From Mizuhopecten yessoensis (taxonomy: Eukaryota), in the NCBI RefSeq assembly GCF_002113885.1, contig NW_018408883.1:235933-299932 (forward strand): a stretch of DNA of 64,000 nucleotides. The letters are read 5' to 3'. Shown here one piece after another: positions 12,218-25,461 of this stretch; positions within the stretch are counted from its first letter, which is position 1, and each line of letters starts with the position of its first letter. The position numbers were made by a program, and so were the translations under genes. Below the pieces are notes generated by a model. The model made no database searches, was not told the origin of the DNA, and saw only the letters and a program-made list of their open reading frames with translations.

Positions 12218-12703
12218 AATTAGGGGATATTCCTAGCCTACTATACTGAGTTAAAACTGTAAACAATATACACATGTCCTGGAATTCAATAAGATCCATG
12301 TCGGATATACACAATATACGTTCGTTTCTAAAGATAGACATTGTAGGATGGTCAATATCAGCTTGGCCGATGACCCTTGGGAACTCTGTTTTCCTCAAAT
12401 ATGTAGTTCTTCGCGTTTCCATCCGGAAAGTCATTATATGGATCGAAATTGTTTTTACATTTATACACTGCGGATTCATTCTTTTGTTATCAAATTAAAA
12501 TAGGAGAGATAAGGCAGCGCAGACAAACACTAGCATGGCTAGGAGGAGGGCAGAGACTACAAGCTGGTTATTGATAAAACTGAAAGCTATGTACAATGTA
12601 AGTTTAAGGTAGAATTAGATCACTGATAAAATAATGCATAATATATATATAGGTTTCAAAAGTTTGAAAGTCTGTATCAATTTAACCAATTAACCTTCAT
12701 ACA

Positions 12704-12802
12704 ACCTCGGGGTTTCTCTATGTTCTCCGGTTTCCTCCAACACACGACCCCCGCTCCGCCATCCAGGCCAACAATAGTGATAAATATAAGTTGGAAAAAA
12801 AC
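12704..12802 (+). mobile_element. V-type SINE 3' fragment next to the gap
   Basis: GGGTTTCTCTATGTTCTCCGGTTTCCTCC core followed by an A-rich end. Confidence 0.55.
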
Positions 12803-13070
12803 NNNNNNNNNNNNNNNNNNNNNNNNNNNNNNNNNNNNNNNNNNNNNNNNNNNNNNNNNNNNNNNNNNNNNNNNNNNNNNNNNNNNNNNNNNNNNNNNNN
12901 NNNNNNNNNNNNNNNNNNNNNNNNNNNNNNNNNNNNNNNNNNNNNNNNNNNNNNNNNNNNNNNNNNNNNNNNNNNNNNNNNNNNNNNNNNNNNNNNNNNN
13001 NNNNNNNNNNNNNNNNNNNNNNNNNNNNNNNNNNNNNNNNNNNNNNNNNNNNNNNNNNNNNNNNNNNNNN
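12803..13070. other. Assembly gap (N run)
   Basis: 268 N. Confidence 1.
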
Positions 13071-15719
13071 TACACTTCCGTATGTGTGTTTTTTCCAGCG
13101 TTTGAACCACATGTGCTGACGGCCGACATTTGCCATTAAACCAGGAGTCTTTCCCTAGAAAACGCCTTAGGGGGATTATGTCGTGCCTGATTAGACGTAA
13201 ATTTTACCATATAAAAAGGTAGAAGATACTGTAAGTAATGTATTTTTTGCGGGAAAAAATCGTGTTAATTAACAACTAGACACAAATTTTTATTTCTTGT
13301 TTAAATAGATGCAATAACGAAGGCATACTCGTTAGAAATAAAGCAGAGTCGTAAATTTTATAAATGAAAAGGAATGATTTTTTTTTACGTTCTACATACA
13401 GTGTAATGTCACGCATGCGCGGACACCTATCATGTAATGGCGACGTCCATGCTAAAACGTGGGCGACGAAACAGGCGGACAGAATTGGCGATAAAAAGGA
13501 AAACAAATGGAAGCCGATCGACAGCGCAATAAATGTTACGCGATACCCGAGTCAAATGGAAGGTGCTCAAGGAGGAAAATGGGTGTCTCCACCGCTAAGA
13601 GTTGCGAGAATTTTACTTGACATGTGAGAACTGAATCGGCTAATAGTAACACTCAGTACGTTTATTTTGTAATCATTTCCTCTGACCCAGTCAAAGACAT
13701 CGTCGCCAATCGCTGAAGATGCAGAATAATGACATAAACATGGCTTCAACACAACGCCTTGTAAAATAAGTAGCATTCGGGAAAATGCCTAACGCTTAAA
13801 ATTGACAAAAGTCATTGACATTTTCAGCCCTTTCATACCAATATTCTTGTACTATGATGATATTTATAGAATTGAATTAATTTATTTCAAGCACAGTTTT
13901 CAAAAAAGATTGCGGCATGGTAACTTATAAATAGTTTCGGAATAGCGATTGAAAGATCACAGAAATGTTCCTATCGTTGATTACCGCGAAAATGAATATT
14001 TCTCGCTAAAATCAATACTTTACAGTATTACGAGCGACACGAAAGCTTGAACAACCCTATGGGGGTTTCCTGATATATACATGTAGCTTACACCGTCACC
14101 TTACCGGCGCCAGGGGAAGATAATACTGTACGGTATTATTTTTGTCTTTCAGACGCTTGTTCGTTTCCGACATTAACTACCGATCAATGTGATTTAGGAG
14201 ACACAGATTGCGTCAGACGTTGAAGCAATATGATATACGGAAATGAATATAAATGTATTTCATGTTGCGTCATTTCAGATTTCCTGATCCTGGCACCAAT
14301 CACCACATTACGTCACGAAGGGAATAAAGTTGTTCGTATTCATCAAGAACAAAACACACCTAACATATCTTAAAAAAAAATCATTTGCGTGGATAAAGAC
14401 CTTGCTTTTAAAACCTCTACCCGGTCAAAATGTTCAGTTGTTTATAAGCCAATGTAAAGCATACCAGTCTATACCGAGAAGGAGCTTGACCCCAAACATG
14501 TGTAACGCTGACCACGTGACCATCGATTAACACTTTTCTCTGTTAAACTCTCATATTTTTCACTAAAAGTGTTATTCTGAAAGCTTAGATTTTTTTAACT
14601 GTTTCACCCCATGCTATCGGGTCGTATATGAAGTATATGGTTAAGGAGTTTAACAATTATTGTCTGCATTCTTCCCCTGAAGATTAAAAATGGGATCTCG
14701 GCTGTCTTTTATAGACAGGTATTTAAACTGTGTTTGACGTGACAAAAAGCAATTATTTAAATGGAAAGTTGTGACACAAAAGTAATGGTATCTGGGAGGA
14801 AAAAAAGACATGAATGAATAATGCATCCTTTACCGGCGTAAATGTGAATTGACATTTTACTGTCGCCTTCAGTATGATGTGATGTGCGATGCGGACTTGA
14901 AGGCGATATCAAAGTCACACTTGTCCACGAGTATAAGATAACGAGGGTCTCCAGCTGAGATTCAAAACAACAGTTTCATATGTAGATTACACTCCAAAAA
15001 AGTTTTATGGTTTTAAGAAACACTGTGAGAATATGACGATGCGAAGTGGCTTAAGTGGATAATTTGATCTCGTGACCACGAGATAATTACGATTGGCCAC
15101 GAGATTGTAAATCTACAATGTTTTTATTTGAATATTTTTATAATACAAAATTATCATCATGTTGTTTTAAATTTTATGGTATTTTCTTTTTCTTTTCCAT
15201 CAACTCGTAGCCATGTTCTTACTTAAATCAAAGCGTCTCCTCGACGCTGGACACCGTACCAAATTATAAAGGAGACACGACAGGCGGTTCTCCGGGGTAC
15301 AGATGTAATATAAGAAATGTAATGGAGTAAATTACGTAAGTTTCGGTACGGCTGTGTCATATTGGTGTAATGACCGTGTAGGTACAGTGGGTTGTCTCGT
15401 CAAGGATGCATGCAGCCTTATAAATGTAACGTCTTTGTTCACTCCTAAAAAGGGCACGTAAGCGAAGGAATTGGGTTATAGCTGATGAAAACCGAAAACA
15501 TTTAAGACCGAGTATGGTAGTCTTTAACGAAGCCTTAATTCTAAACATGAACGTAAATGTTGAAAACTAATTTATAAATGGTTAATGATAGTTTGACGCA
15601 ATGCTAAGTCATATACAATGACATCAGATCTATAAGCTTGTCTATGTCGATAAAGTCAAGGAAACAGAACAGTGCCCACTATGGTGATTTCTATACGACT
15701 TTTCGCTTTGTCGCCCGCT

Positions 15720-15925
15720 AAATAACGCCAAGCGAAAAAAAGAAATAACGAAAAGACGAAAACACGCCAAAATGAATAACGCGAAAAAGACGGAGACTTT
15801 AAAAAGTCGCCAATTTATTTCTGTGTTTTGGCGTTATTCTCACTTCGGTGTGGCATTATTTCGTTATTTCGCTTTGGCGTTTTTTCGTCTTTTCGTTATT
15901 TCGGTTTTTTTGCTTGGCGTTATTT
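15720..15925. mobile_element. Foldback/MITE-like inverted repeat
   Basis: AAATAACGCCAAGCGAAAAAAAGAAATAACGAAAAGACGAAAA (from 15720) pairs with 15873-15925; built from short sub-repeats. Confidence 0.7.
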
Positions 15926-17154
15926 CGCCACAAAATGGTGGTGGCAACGCTGACGTCATTTTAAAGTGCCAAAACATTGAAGTGTCACAAATTGGATGAC
16001 ACATCTGTCCCAATTTTCTGATAATAGGCTGACAGGAGGAGCATTGGAAGACTACAATATAAGGCGCCGTGGACACTCGTCTCCTACAGATACACACAAT
16101 ATAAGGCGCCGTAGACACTCGTCTCCTACGGTTACACAGTAGCGGCAGCCTAACTGGTGTTATCATTATTTGGCATATGTTAGGCATTACGTAAAATAGT
16201 TTAAAAAGGTAAATAATCAGGGTTTTTTGGGTTTTTTTTTAATATTTTATGTTCACACAACACCCCAAATCATACAAAAATTGTTTCCAGACACTCAAGG
16301 GCCATTTCATTATTCCTTTTACTGGCCATTTCTGTTGCAAACACTGATTGCATTTTACATCTATAAATCATCTCCCAGATTTGTTCAGCATGAATGAGCC
16401 GAACGTCTTATATCCGATTTAAGATTTAATGGGTTTTTTCTGATATCACTCTTACACGTAAAAATCACCAACAACAAGTCGTAATTTATAGATTTAGATA
16501 GCAAAAATGGTGGGACAGTTAGCGTAAACGAGATACCCCAGGTACATTAAACGCTTGGCATGGAGAGTCAATCGCGATTACAGGAATTCTGTTCATCTGG
16601 ATATCTACATATGTAAATAGCTTTTTGCTTCTTTGAAAGATTATAAATAGTACAGGCACTTATGATGTGATAGTTCCATGTAAACATGGAGTCGCCGTTC
16701 GAGATAATCCCGGACCATACTAATTACAGTCGGTATTGCAATCGGACGGGATTCATCACGAACGCATCCATTAGGCTTCGGGACGTCAGCGGTTCACTCA
16801 ACTTTACGTACAACACAATACGGAGCTGATAAATGTACAGCATCATATGAGATTTACCAAACGAGTCTAGACGGTTTGTTTAGTGAGACATTCAAGGTTC
16901 TTTCTATAACTCAGAATTCATTTGAATGTCATGTCATTGTCACCCCAACGTCAACTTTGTAATGACCCGATTCGGAAATAGATTACGCCACAATTAGTTT
17001 CCTTAATGTGACGTCGTGATAGGAAAAAATCTCTGACGTCATATTTTAAAGGTCAAATACTAGAATTCCCTGCATAACAGAAAGAGGGAATAGACTTATA
17101 AAGGCTATGCCTGTTGTCCAATTCATTTGTTTTTGAAACAATAAAATATGTAAG

Positions 17155-17310
17155 TAATGAATGTTTAAGTAAATGGTGTTATGGTCCAATAACACACATT
17201 GCTATTGATGACAGACTTAATAAAGCGCCCGGTAGGGCTTTATGTAAGTTTGTGAGCAATACAATTGTGTGTTATAGGACCATAACAATATTTGCTGAAA
17301 CATTCATTAT
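17155..17310. repeat. Long imperfect palindrome (~72-bp arms, GC-rich loop)
   Basis: TAATGAATGTTT..TGTTATGGTCC..ATAACACACA..ATAAAGC arm mirrored around GCCCGGTAGG. Confidence 0.85.
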
Positions 17311-17399
17311 ATATATTAACATTATAATAGAGTAGTTACTCATTATTTAGTTATTTCGAACAGTTCTTTGAACAGCATATTAACTGTTGACAACAATGA

Positions 17400-17482
17400 A
17401 ATTGATGACGTCACAATATAGATTGATGACGTCAAAATATACATTGATGACGTCACAATACAGATTGATGACGTTACAATAG
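17400..17482. repeat. 21-bp tandem repeat x4 containing TGACGTCA
   Basis: ATTGATGACGTCACAATATAG units. Confidence 0.85.
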
Positions 17483-18934
17483 CAAATGTTATTATTAAGG
17501 GATTTAACGGCGTTTTTGTTTAATTTTCATGCCGGTAACATCCATATTGCGTAAAACCCGCTATTTATACTATAGAACAATTGTTAAATATTATCCATTT
17601 GTTCTTAAATAGTTCTTTTATTAACCGCGTTTGAATATTTTTAAAAATAAGATCGGCGCCAATAATTAACCGTTGTCATTTGAGTGTTTAACGCAGGGAC
17701 ATTCTCCATGTTATCCGAAGCGAAGCGACAAGACTCTCATTGAATACGATGTATCCATGACGTCATAAGTAATTATAAATCACGTGTTCTTTCACGAGAG
17801 TTTTTGCTTTCATACTCAAATAAAATGCATTTTTGTTGGTAATGTGAATATAGTGGGTTGCCACGCTAATGTAAATATAGTCTCATAACAACATTGTCTT
17901 CGCAATGCAGGATGCAGAGCAAATGTAAATATCTTGAATTGAATTGAATTGAAAACGGTTATGATTTGACACATTTTTCAAGAATTTTAACAAGTTCCCG
18001 ATTCATATGATATTTCTGAAACAGGTGTTTTGAGTTTTTCACTTAATCACGGTATATCTGAAGCCAAATTAGAAACTTCGGGACGAGAATCATAGATCTA
18101 ACATGTAAATAATGATACTCACGGTCTTTTTGTCGTATTACCAAGCATGTATCCGACCATTCGTGAAAATCAACGTCACAATGCCGTGACGTCATGTCGT
18201 TGTCTTAAATGTTATGTAACTATTGGTAATTGTATGAGATCTTTGAGTCATCCTCTGTGGGAACCTTGAAGTTTCATCGTTTTTATCAAGTTATTCATAA
18301 GCCGGCATTTGTCATGCCCTTTAACTTTTGCAGAAATTGTTTTTATTTTATAGATTAATTCTATTAATAAATGTTTTGTATCAATGCAATTATGTTTCAA
18401 TGAGAAATATTATCTAAAACCTGTTGAACGTTTTTGTTGTCAAATATCTAAAATATAATCATTATACACGTACATCATTATTTCATTGCTTGATCTAGAA
18501 AATACGCTTGTCTCCCTTTGACTAGTTTTGACATAAAAGACATTCGCAGGAGAGCAGAAAAAAAGGAAAAAAACTAATTCAAAGACCCTTATACATATCT
18601 TTAAAACTGATACATATTATACATGATAAATGTCAAAGAAAAAAACGCAACACGTAAAACTGTTTTGCGTTGTAAAATAGTGTTTGTGTTCTTATGCCAA
18701 ATAAATAAAGGTATATTATCGGCGATGTAGTATAAACTGATAGCAGTCTGTTGAGAGAGACCATCCAGTGTATCTTCAAACCAAGAATGACACCATGTGA
18801 TATACTTGTTCGAGCTTGGGGGGAAACACATGCAGCTACTCAAAAGCTGGTGCAAATGATATTGCAATACATTTTAATTACGTATATTTTATTTTTATAC
18901 CGAACCACATGAATCGGAGCTGGATTGTGTTGAT

Positions 18935-19040
18935 GCCGGCGACAAAGTAGCTCAATTGGTAGAGCGTCCGTCTAGAGTTCAGAATGTCCCGGGTTGAAGC
19001 CTCGGTCCGGCCGTACATTTCTCTTTCCTATCCTGTTATA
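18935..19040 (+). mobile_element. tRNA-derived repeat fragment
   Basis: TAGCTCAATTGG (A box), GGTTGAAGCC (degenerate B box), then pyrimidine run and CCTGTTATA; homologous to 19440-19527. Confidence 0.65.
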
Positions 19041-19345
19041 AATGAAAATCACATTATCAGTTGTATTGGTAATTGTGAGATATTTACAAAATAATTTGCT
19101 GTGGCAATATTGTCTATCTGAAAAGTAAAGTAACACAATTCACTTTGCAAAGCTGGGGATACCGATGCAAAACAGTTATGTTGACGTGTCAGGCCAGTCG
19201 ATCTTCACAGGAAATTTAGACACTTCCACTAATTCTTCACTGTACCATCATACAACATAATTAGAGGATCTTATTGATCAACCATAATATTTTTTTGTGA
19301 ATACTTGAGTTCAGAAAATCAAAAGAAGCTGCAACGGTTTATTTT

Positions 19346-19527
19346 TGACGTCCTGGTATAATATACCTTGTGATGGGTGATAACGGGCACACGTACAAGC
19401 GTATGGGAAATGGACTTGGTCGATTGCCGTCGACCAAGAAACTCGATTGGTAAAACGTCCATCTTGAGTTCGGAGGGTGCGGGGTTCGATTCTGGTCTGG
19501 ACGTGCATTTCTCTTTCTTCTGCTACA
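19346..19527 (+). mobile_element. tRNA-containing repeat with TG...CA ends (solo terminal-repeat-like)
   Basis: tRNA-like part at the 3' end (CTCGATTGGT..GGGTTCGATTC), then CATTTCTCTTTCTTCTGCTACA. Confidence 0.55.
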
Positions 19528-20056
19528 ATATGGAGGCAAGAGTTTTAATATATTACAATGATATAATATATTCTATCAAAATAGGTATGATCAATAAAAA
19601 GTCATCGTTACTTGTCACGAACATTTCTTTGTTATGTATCGCCGATCACTGTACGCCTCCCAAAGAGTTAAAATATTATATTATACTGAAAAACAATGTA
19701 TGCCCTTAACCGGAAGATTCATCTCCAGTGAAATGGTTTACATATTGTGCAAAACCCCTATTAGCTGAGTGGTCGGTTGGTCCTTCAGGATGGATTTCTC
19801 ATCTCTGTCACGTTGCATTGCATTCGTAAAAGAAGTTGAAAAGAATAAAAATGCGACAAACATTTCCCCCGTTTTCATAGTAATTCAATACTGCAATCAA
19901 ATTATCCTAAAGAGTGTTTACAATGCTAGAGAGAACTCAATATTTTCACTGACATTATTTCGCTCGGAGAGTCTGCATTTCGTGGACCAGCGCGACACGA
20001 TACTGTGCCTTGTGCCTGACACCATCATCAGATTTAACATAGTGTCTTAACGAAGA

Positions 20057-20556
20057 GTCTAAATTCAATGTGACGGTTTCTCGATAGGACAAGGAGAATA
20101 CATTTATCTAAGAGATGCCATCACAGTTCATCCTGGTCAGCTGTAAACCTTTCACCTATCGAACAGATCGTATTTGTATAAAAATCACTGTATATTTCGA
20201 TTATACTCCAACCAAAGATGAAATTTGCATAGACACATGTCAACACCACGCCAACATGGAAACGGTCATTGGAAATCTCCGGGGATACCCTGACCACAAA
20301 TTGAGCACGAGGTGGACACTAAACCCTATTATGTACAAATCAGAAATGACGACAATGTATGAGGCACGGTCAGGACAGCTACACATTCCAACTGTCTCAT
20401 ATGTACTGTAATTGACACATGGGACTTACACGTGTGGGTTAAAAAAACTGAAAATAGACTAGTCGGAGGATAAATTTATTTCTAAAATACATTTTGCATT
20501 TATTCACGCCATTCAACTATTCTAATTAATCGGTGCGTGAAAGAATAACCTTCATC
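20057..20556 (-). repeat. Left copy of a diverged inverted duplication (promoter-like)
   Basis: Colinear reverse-complement similarity to 23280-23783, including a 21-bp identical block at 20276-20296. Confidence 0.85.
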
Positions 20557-21836
20557 GAAATTTATTACCTATGATAAACCGTTTATTTTAAAATGTGCTC
20601 CCGAGAAACATACCTGTCCGCTGTCAAAAACATCTTTAAATATTGATTGCATGCACGACGGAATGAACAGGTTCTTGTTTGTATAATTTATAAATAGGAT
20701 CCCGAAATAATATCCCTATTGGCCCTTAAGACACTATTCGTGTGTACAAAGCTAAATTCCCAAGTACATTGGTATCTATGTGATAGAAAAAACACACCGA
20801 TTGAGGACATCGATGAGAAAGCCGGAAAAGAGCCATTTCAGGCAAATTGGAAAATTGGCTATTTTGTCCGCTGAAAACATCTAATGAGATTTGGAAGGAA
20901 AAGAAAGATAACTTCTGCCATTTTGTAGGATATTTTTTATTGTATAGAGTAGATGCAGTATGCGTCCATTCTAACGCTTGAGTCAGAAGTATGATAATAA
21001 ATGATGTACAATTCTCCATTGGATTCCAGCAATGCCGCGATACGTTAACGTTTATCGTCAGTAAGCGTATCACTAAAAACTGATAGAAAAATTGACCAGA
21101 ACTTTGTACGATAATATTCTCCATGGATCTTTTTCGTATTTACTTTCTTCTTTGCCAATACACATGCATATCCCAAGAGTAACCCTTTCCTTAGAAACAG
21201 TCGGGAGTCGCGCCCGCTGCCTGTACCGGCAGTTGTATAAAGGGCAGACACATCGTGTCAATAAATGTACATATCAAAACACGCATGCGTATTGAGTGGA
21301 AAGAATCTCTCAAACTTTATTACCTAATATGGTAAATAAATAGAGAATATTAAATGGTTTCTCGTTAAATACCATAGTTTCACAAGTATATAGGACGAGA
21401 AATATATTAGGCGAAGTAAGATCATATTCACGTTGAGGTCAGTTTACAGCAGGTCAATATTCACTTATGACGTCATTATAATTGTAACGTCACAACAGCG
21501 AATTAAATATCGCTAAATCCATTCGCATGGAGAAAGACCGATATGCATTTTTACACTATTTGTTGCTTTGGAGGCAGATATCATCCTTCATACATCTCTC
21601 TCTCTCTTTCTCTCTCTCTTACTTTCGATATAGAAATAAAAGCATTGAACAATGAAAAGAAAAGTGTATATATGTATATTAATGAAGTCTGCCATCTTGT
21701 CATATTGTAAATATATGCTTGTAATTCGCTGGGAAATATGTTAAATAATAGTTTAATAACTTGTGCCCAAATCATTTGCAAAACAATAGAACATGTTTAG
21801 TCTAATTTAAGGACTGTTATGTCAGTGATTATGAGA

Positions 21837-21908
21837 TTATATGGACCTGAGAAAGTGATATTGGCCTCAACTTCTCCCTGATAATATCACTTTCTCAGGT
21901 CCGTATAA
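21837..21908. repeat. Hairpin of the same design as those at 59590 and 60372
   Basis: 26-bp arms TTATA(T/C)GGACCTGAGAAAGTGATATT around a degenerate GGCCTCAACTTCTCCCTG loop. Confidence 0.75.
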
Positions 21909-23279
21909 CCACATATTTACCACATCAGAAATTGTTAAATACATACTTGGTTTTACATTCCACTTGGTAGCATTCATATGGAAGTTATTCTAGGGGACTT
22001 TGGACACAAGCAAACAGGAGCATACATTATTTTCAATATTAAAAAAAATGTAAACTGATGTAAAATAAGATCAATAACTAGGGAGTTGGGTTACCTGTTC
22101 GATTTTGTCCACCTGGTCACATTAGATAATTGTTCTAAAAATAGCGACCAGTTACGTTGTGTGGTATGTTTTCTGTATACATATGTACGAGCGATGCTAG
22201 GCGTTTATACGTGCTAAAACACACAAGGAAACAGTTTGTGTTGAAGTTCATTACTTGTCACACAAACGATAATCTATAAATGTATTGTTGTTTATAATCT
22301 GAGGAAGTTGAAGACATTTAACTGGAGCAGACGTTTTTGATCGGACTTCTGTAAAAAAGTACAGCAAGACGCCATTTTACTTTCCATCAACATTTGATTA
22401 TCGTGCAAATTATATGGTTTGGTGCAACATTCGACAAATGTACAGCATGAATAAATGAATAAATATACAATGTTTACAGGGTAACCAAGTACATCGTCTC
22501 GAAGATTCGGATGTATTTAAACTTAAAATAGAATGGCACTTAATACCTAAATAATACTAGATGTTTTAGTGCTGATACATCAATACAGTATTTACAGTAA
22601 CTCTGATGCGGATATTCACCTACAATTTAACAAGAGATACATAAAGGGCGAAAACGAGTAGTGTGTGGAAGAGAAACAAAATGACAAGAGTTTCCAAGTT
22701 GGATATAAATCACTTTGTTTTCTCCAGGAGGAAGAAAAGAGACACATCTTTGAATAAAGCCGTGGTAAACACCAGCTCAGTTATTTACGTTCTCGACCCT
22801 GCAGGTTAAGAGGGATGACAGATATTTGTATACTCGAAAAGACAAAAAACGACTTCATCTACGCAATATAAAAATCTCTAAAACGACAGTAGTTTACGTT
22901 CCTTCCCTTCAAAATTATATATGTTGTCATGAGTTAACGAAACGGGTAGTATTACAATTTAGCGGAAAGGAATCATTGGCTCCTTTCTCAACATCTATGT
23001 CCTTTAGCTGTGCGCTTTCCGTGGTTATCGATGCTATATATCCTTACATTAACAGAAAGAAACCGTAGTGTCGTATACAGCTAGTCAAGGATCTTACACA
23101 TGCCTGTTTGTTTAAATACACAAACAAATATTTTTGTTATCCTGGTTTTAAATTGCACAAATGGAATCCATTGTTTCATTCGTGCAAGCAATCAATATTT
23201 CAATTAATTATTAACCGTTGGAAAGTTTATGATTCGGGTAGACATTTCCGTGTACATTACATAAAGGGATATTATGAAT

Positions 23280-23783
23280 GAAGGTGAAGGTCGTTCATGC
23301 AATCGTTATTTATTAATATTATCAGATTTAATGGATACACATGAAAAATGTCTTTTCGAAATAGAATTATCTGTTAAATATTTTCGCTAAGGGTTTTTTT
23401 CGGTAACACGCGCATGCCCCATGTGTCAATCAAATATAAACGGACAAGAAAGTTTTAATTGGATTGTTCGTGACCGTGCCTCATTCATAAGTACCTAATG
23501 GTGTAACATTAACCAGTGTCCACCTCGTGGTCAACTTGTGGTCAACCTATGGTCAGGGTATCCCCGGAGAATTTTAAAGACCATGTCCATGTCGGCGAGG
23601 CGTTGACAGGGTTCTATACAGAATCCATCTCACGCCGGGGTATAAAGGGAAAATACAATTAGGATATACCAACACAATATGTTCGATAGGTGAAAAGTTT
23701 ACAGCTTATCAGGATGAACTGTATTCACGTAGATAAAGAAATTATGTTTGTCCTATCAAGAAAACGTCACACTGAATTTAGAC
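23280..23783 (+). repeat. Right copy of a diverged inverted duplication (promoter-like, TATAAAG at 23641)
   Basis: Matches the reverse complement of 20057-20556. Confidence 0.85.
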
Positions 23784-24419
23784 GCTGGTTATAAATAGAC
23801 ATTCTGAAGATTTTCATTTATAAGGATATAGGTTCGGCTAAAAAAGCTGAATTCTCACTTGGATTGAAATACTCAAATAAAAAGGCAGTACTGAATCACT
23901 GTATACTACGATGCTAGCAGGTCCATTTCGAATGACCAACTTTACACTGAGATATGACGGTTGTCAGTAAAACTATATTTCCACTAACATTAATATACTG
24001 TTAAGCAAAGGAAAGCAAACGGATGTGATCATTGAAAACTATTTATTAAACTGATATAGGATAAACTGGAACCAAAATGTCCAATAAATCAAAATGAACA
24101 GGGATCTCTTATTAAACTTGAAATCAGTGGGGGGTTTCTGTGAAAAATATAAATTTAACCCCCAAAGTGTTCAGTAAGTTATAGTTTAATTGATTGGTGT
24201 TGACAAGTTTCATACAGCTACTGTATATTATGAAATTAATCACAGATGACGACTCATTGGTTACATTGAATGAAAAATAAGAATTCAGAAAATGGGCGTG
24301 ACGTCATGGCATTATGACGTTACTTGTCAGGAATATTTGAATACATACCTAGTGATATGTTAAAAACTCGTTAATGCTTTTCCTTTTAAATATCAGTTTT
24401 ATGACACTCGTCATAATTT

Positions 24420-24558
24420 ATATTAAAGATTAGTCAACTTAACCTGAACGGATAAAAAAATTAATTGACCTCCTTAAAAAATATATTGCAATATATGTTT
24501 CTATTAAAATACTTTATATTCATAATGTTTTGAAATAAGCTTGACTGAGCCTCCTTAA
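24420..24558 (-). mobile_element. TTAA-ended dispersed repeat terminus; second copy inverted at ~27960-28085
   Basis: AATAGAAACATATATTGCAATAT..TTAAGGAGG..CCGTTCAGGTTAAGTTGACTAA present at both loci; this copy ends GAGCCTCC|TTAA. Confidence 0.6.
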
Positions 24559-24821
24559 ATGAAGTTTTCCAATATGATCGGAAACCTATTATAGATCCTC
24601 CTACTCCCGTACCGTGTAGTGATCCCTAGAATATACAAGTATCATTTGATTTCCAAATGGTCACGTGACAGAAAATCATTTTTTTACGTCAAATAAGGAA
24701 ATATTTTGACGTTATGTACTTCAAAAGACGTCGTTATGCAAGCTTACTATGGTTCGACAACGTTTTACGTTGTTCATGTTTTGATAATTTTGGTCTTAAT
24801 TCTTTCTCTGACCCTCATTAA

Positions 24822-25461
24822 GGTCATAGGAGTGTATTGCTAAACGGAAATAGGAAGTACATCCCTAGTTGAAAATCCAATGTAGGGAGACAGTATCACA
24901 ATTTCCGCATATTCTAATGTTTAATATTAAACTGATGAATATTGTATGCGTATTATTGACAGAACAGTGTGTTCTTTCAATATAAAAGTATTGCAAAGCA
25001 ATCCAGGCATTAATTCAGTTGTTTTTCAATAAATGAGTCACATGTGTCCATTTTTCTGTACATCAGGAAACCGGCTACCTATTTCACTACTGTGAAGTTT
25101 TTCAAGAACGATAACTCTTGCATGCAATTACTATGTGTATATGGTGTTATTATAAAATGTTAATTTTTAATCATTTATAGATGATTAATTTTACACAATT
25201 TCAGCATTTATGAAATTGATATACATTAATGCAATACTAATCTATGCTAGTATCATTTTTATTGACATCATTTTGCAAAAAGAATGTGTGTTCAATTTTT
25301 TTTCAAAATTCAATCCTTTTTACATAAATTTCCATTTAAAATCCTTAAAATTCTGACAACCTATATTTTTTTTGTGGCAGAAAATTTTCTTTACTTCAAA
25401 GCAATATAACTACAAAATTTGAATAAATTCTACTGAGAAATGGCGACACAATCCTATTACC
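24822..25461. mobile_element. Kolobok-like non-autonomous DNA transposon
   Basis: TTAA|GGTCATAGGAGTGT ... ACAATCCTATTACC|TTAA: imperfect TIRs starting GG, TTAA on both sides. Confidence 0.65.

Noticed and set aside
12677-13139. Five ORFs of 104-150 aa
   Set aside because: They are open only because they cross the N gap.
18935-19040. Possible tRNA gene
   Set aside because: Degenerate B box, no clean acceptor stem, and homologous diverged copies nearby indicate a repeat.
20726-21124. 132-aa minus-strand ORF
   Set aside because: No recognisable domain; it overlaps a segment starting TTAA-GACACTAT that looks like a repeat end, whose partner end I could not find.
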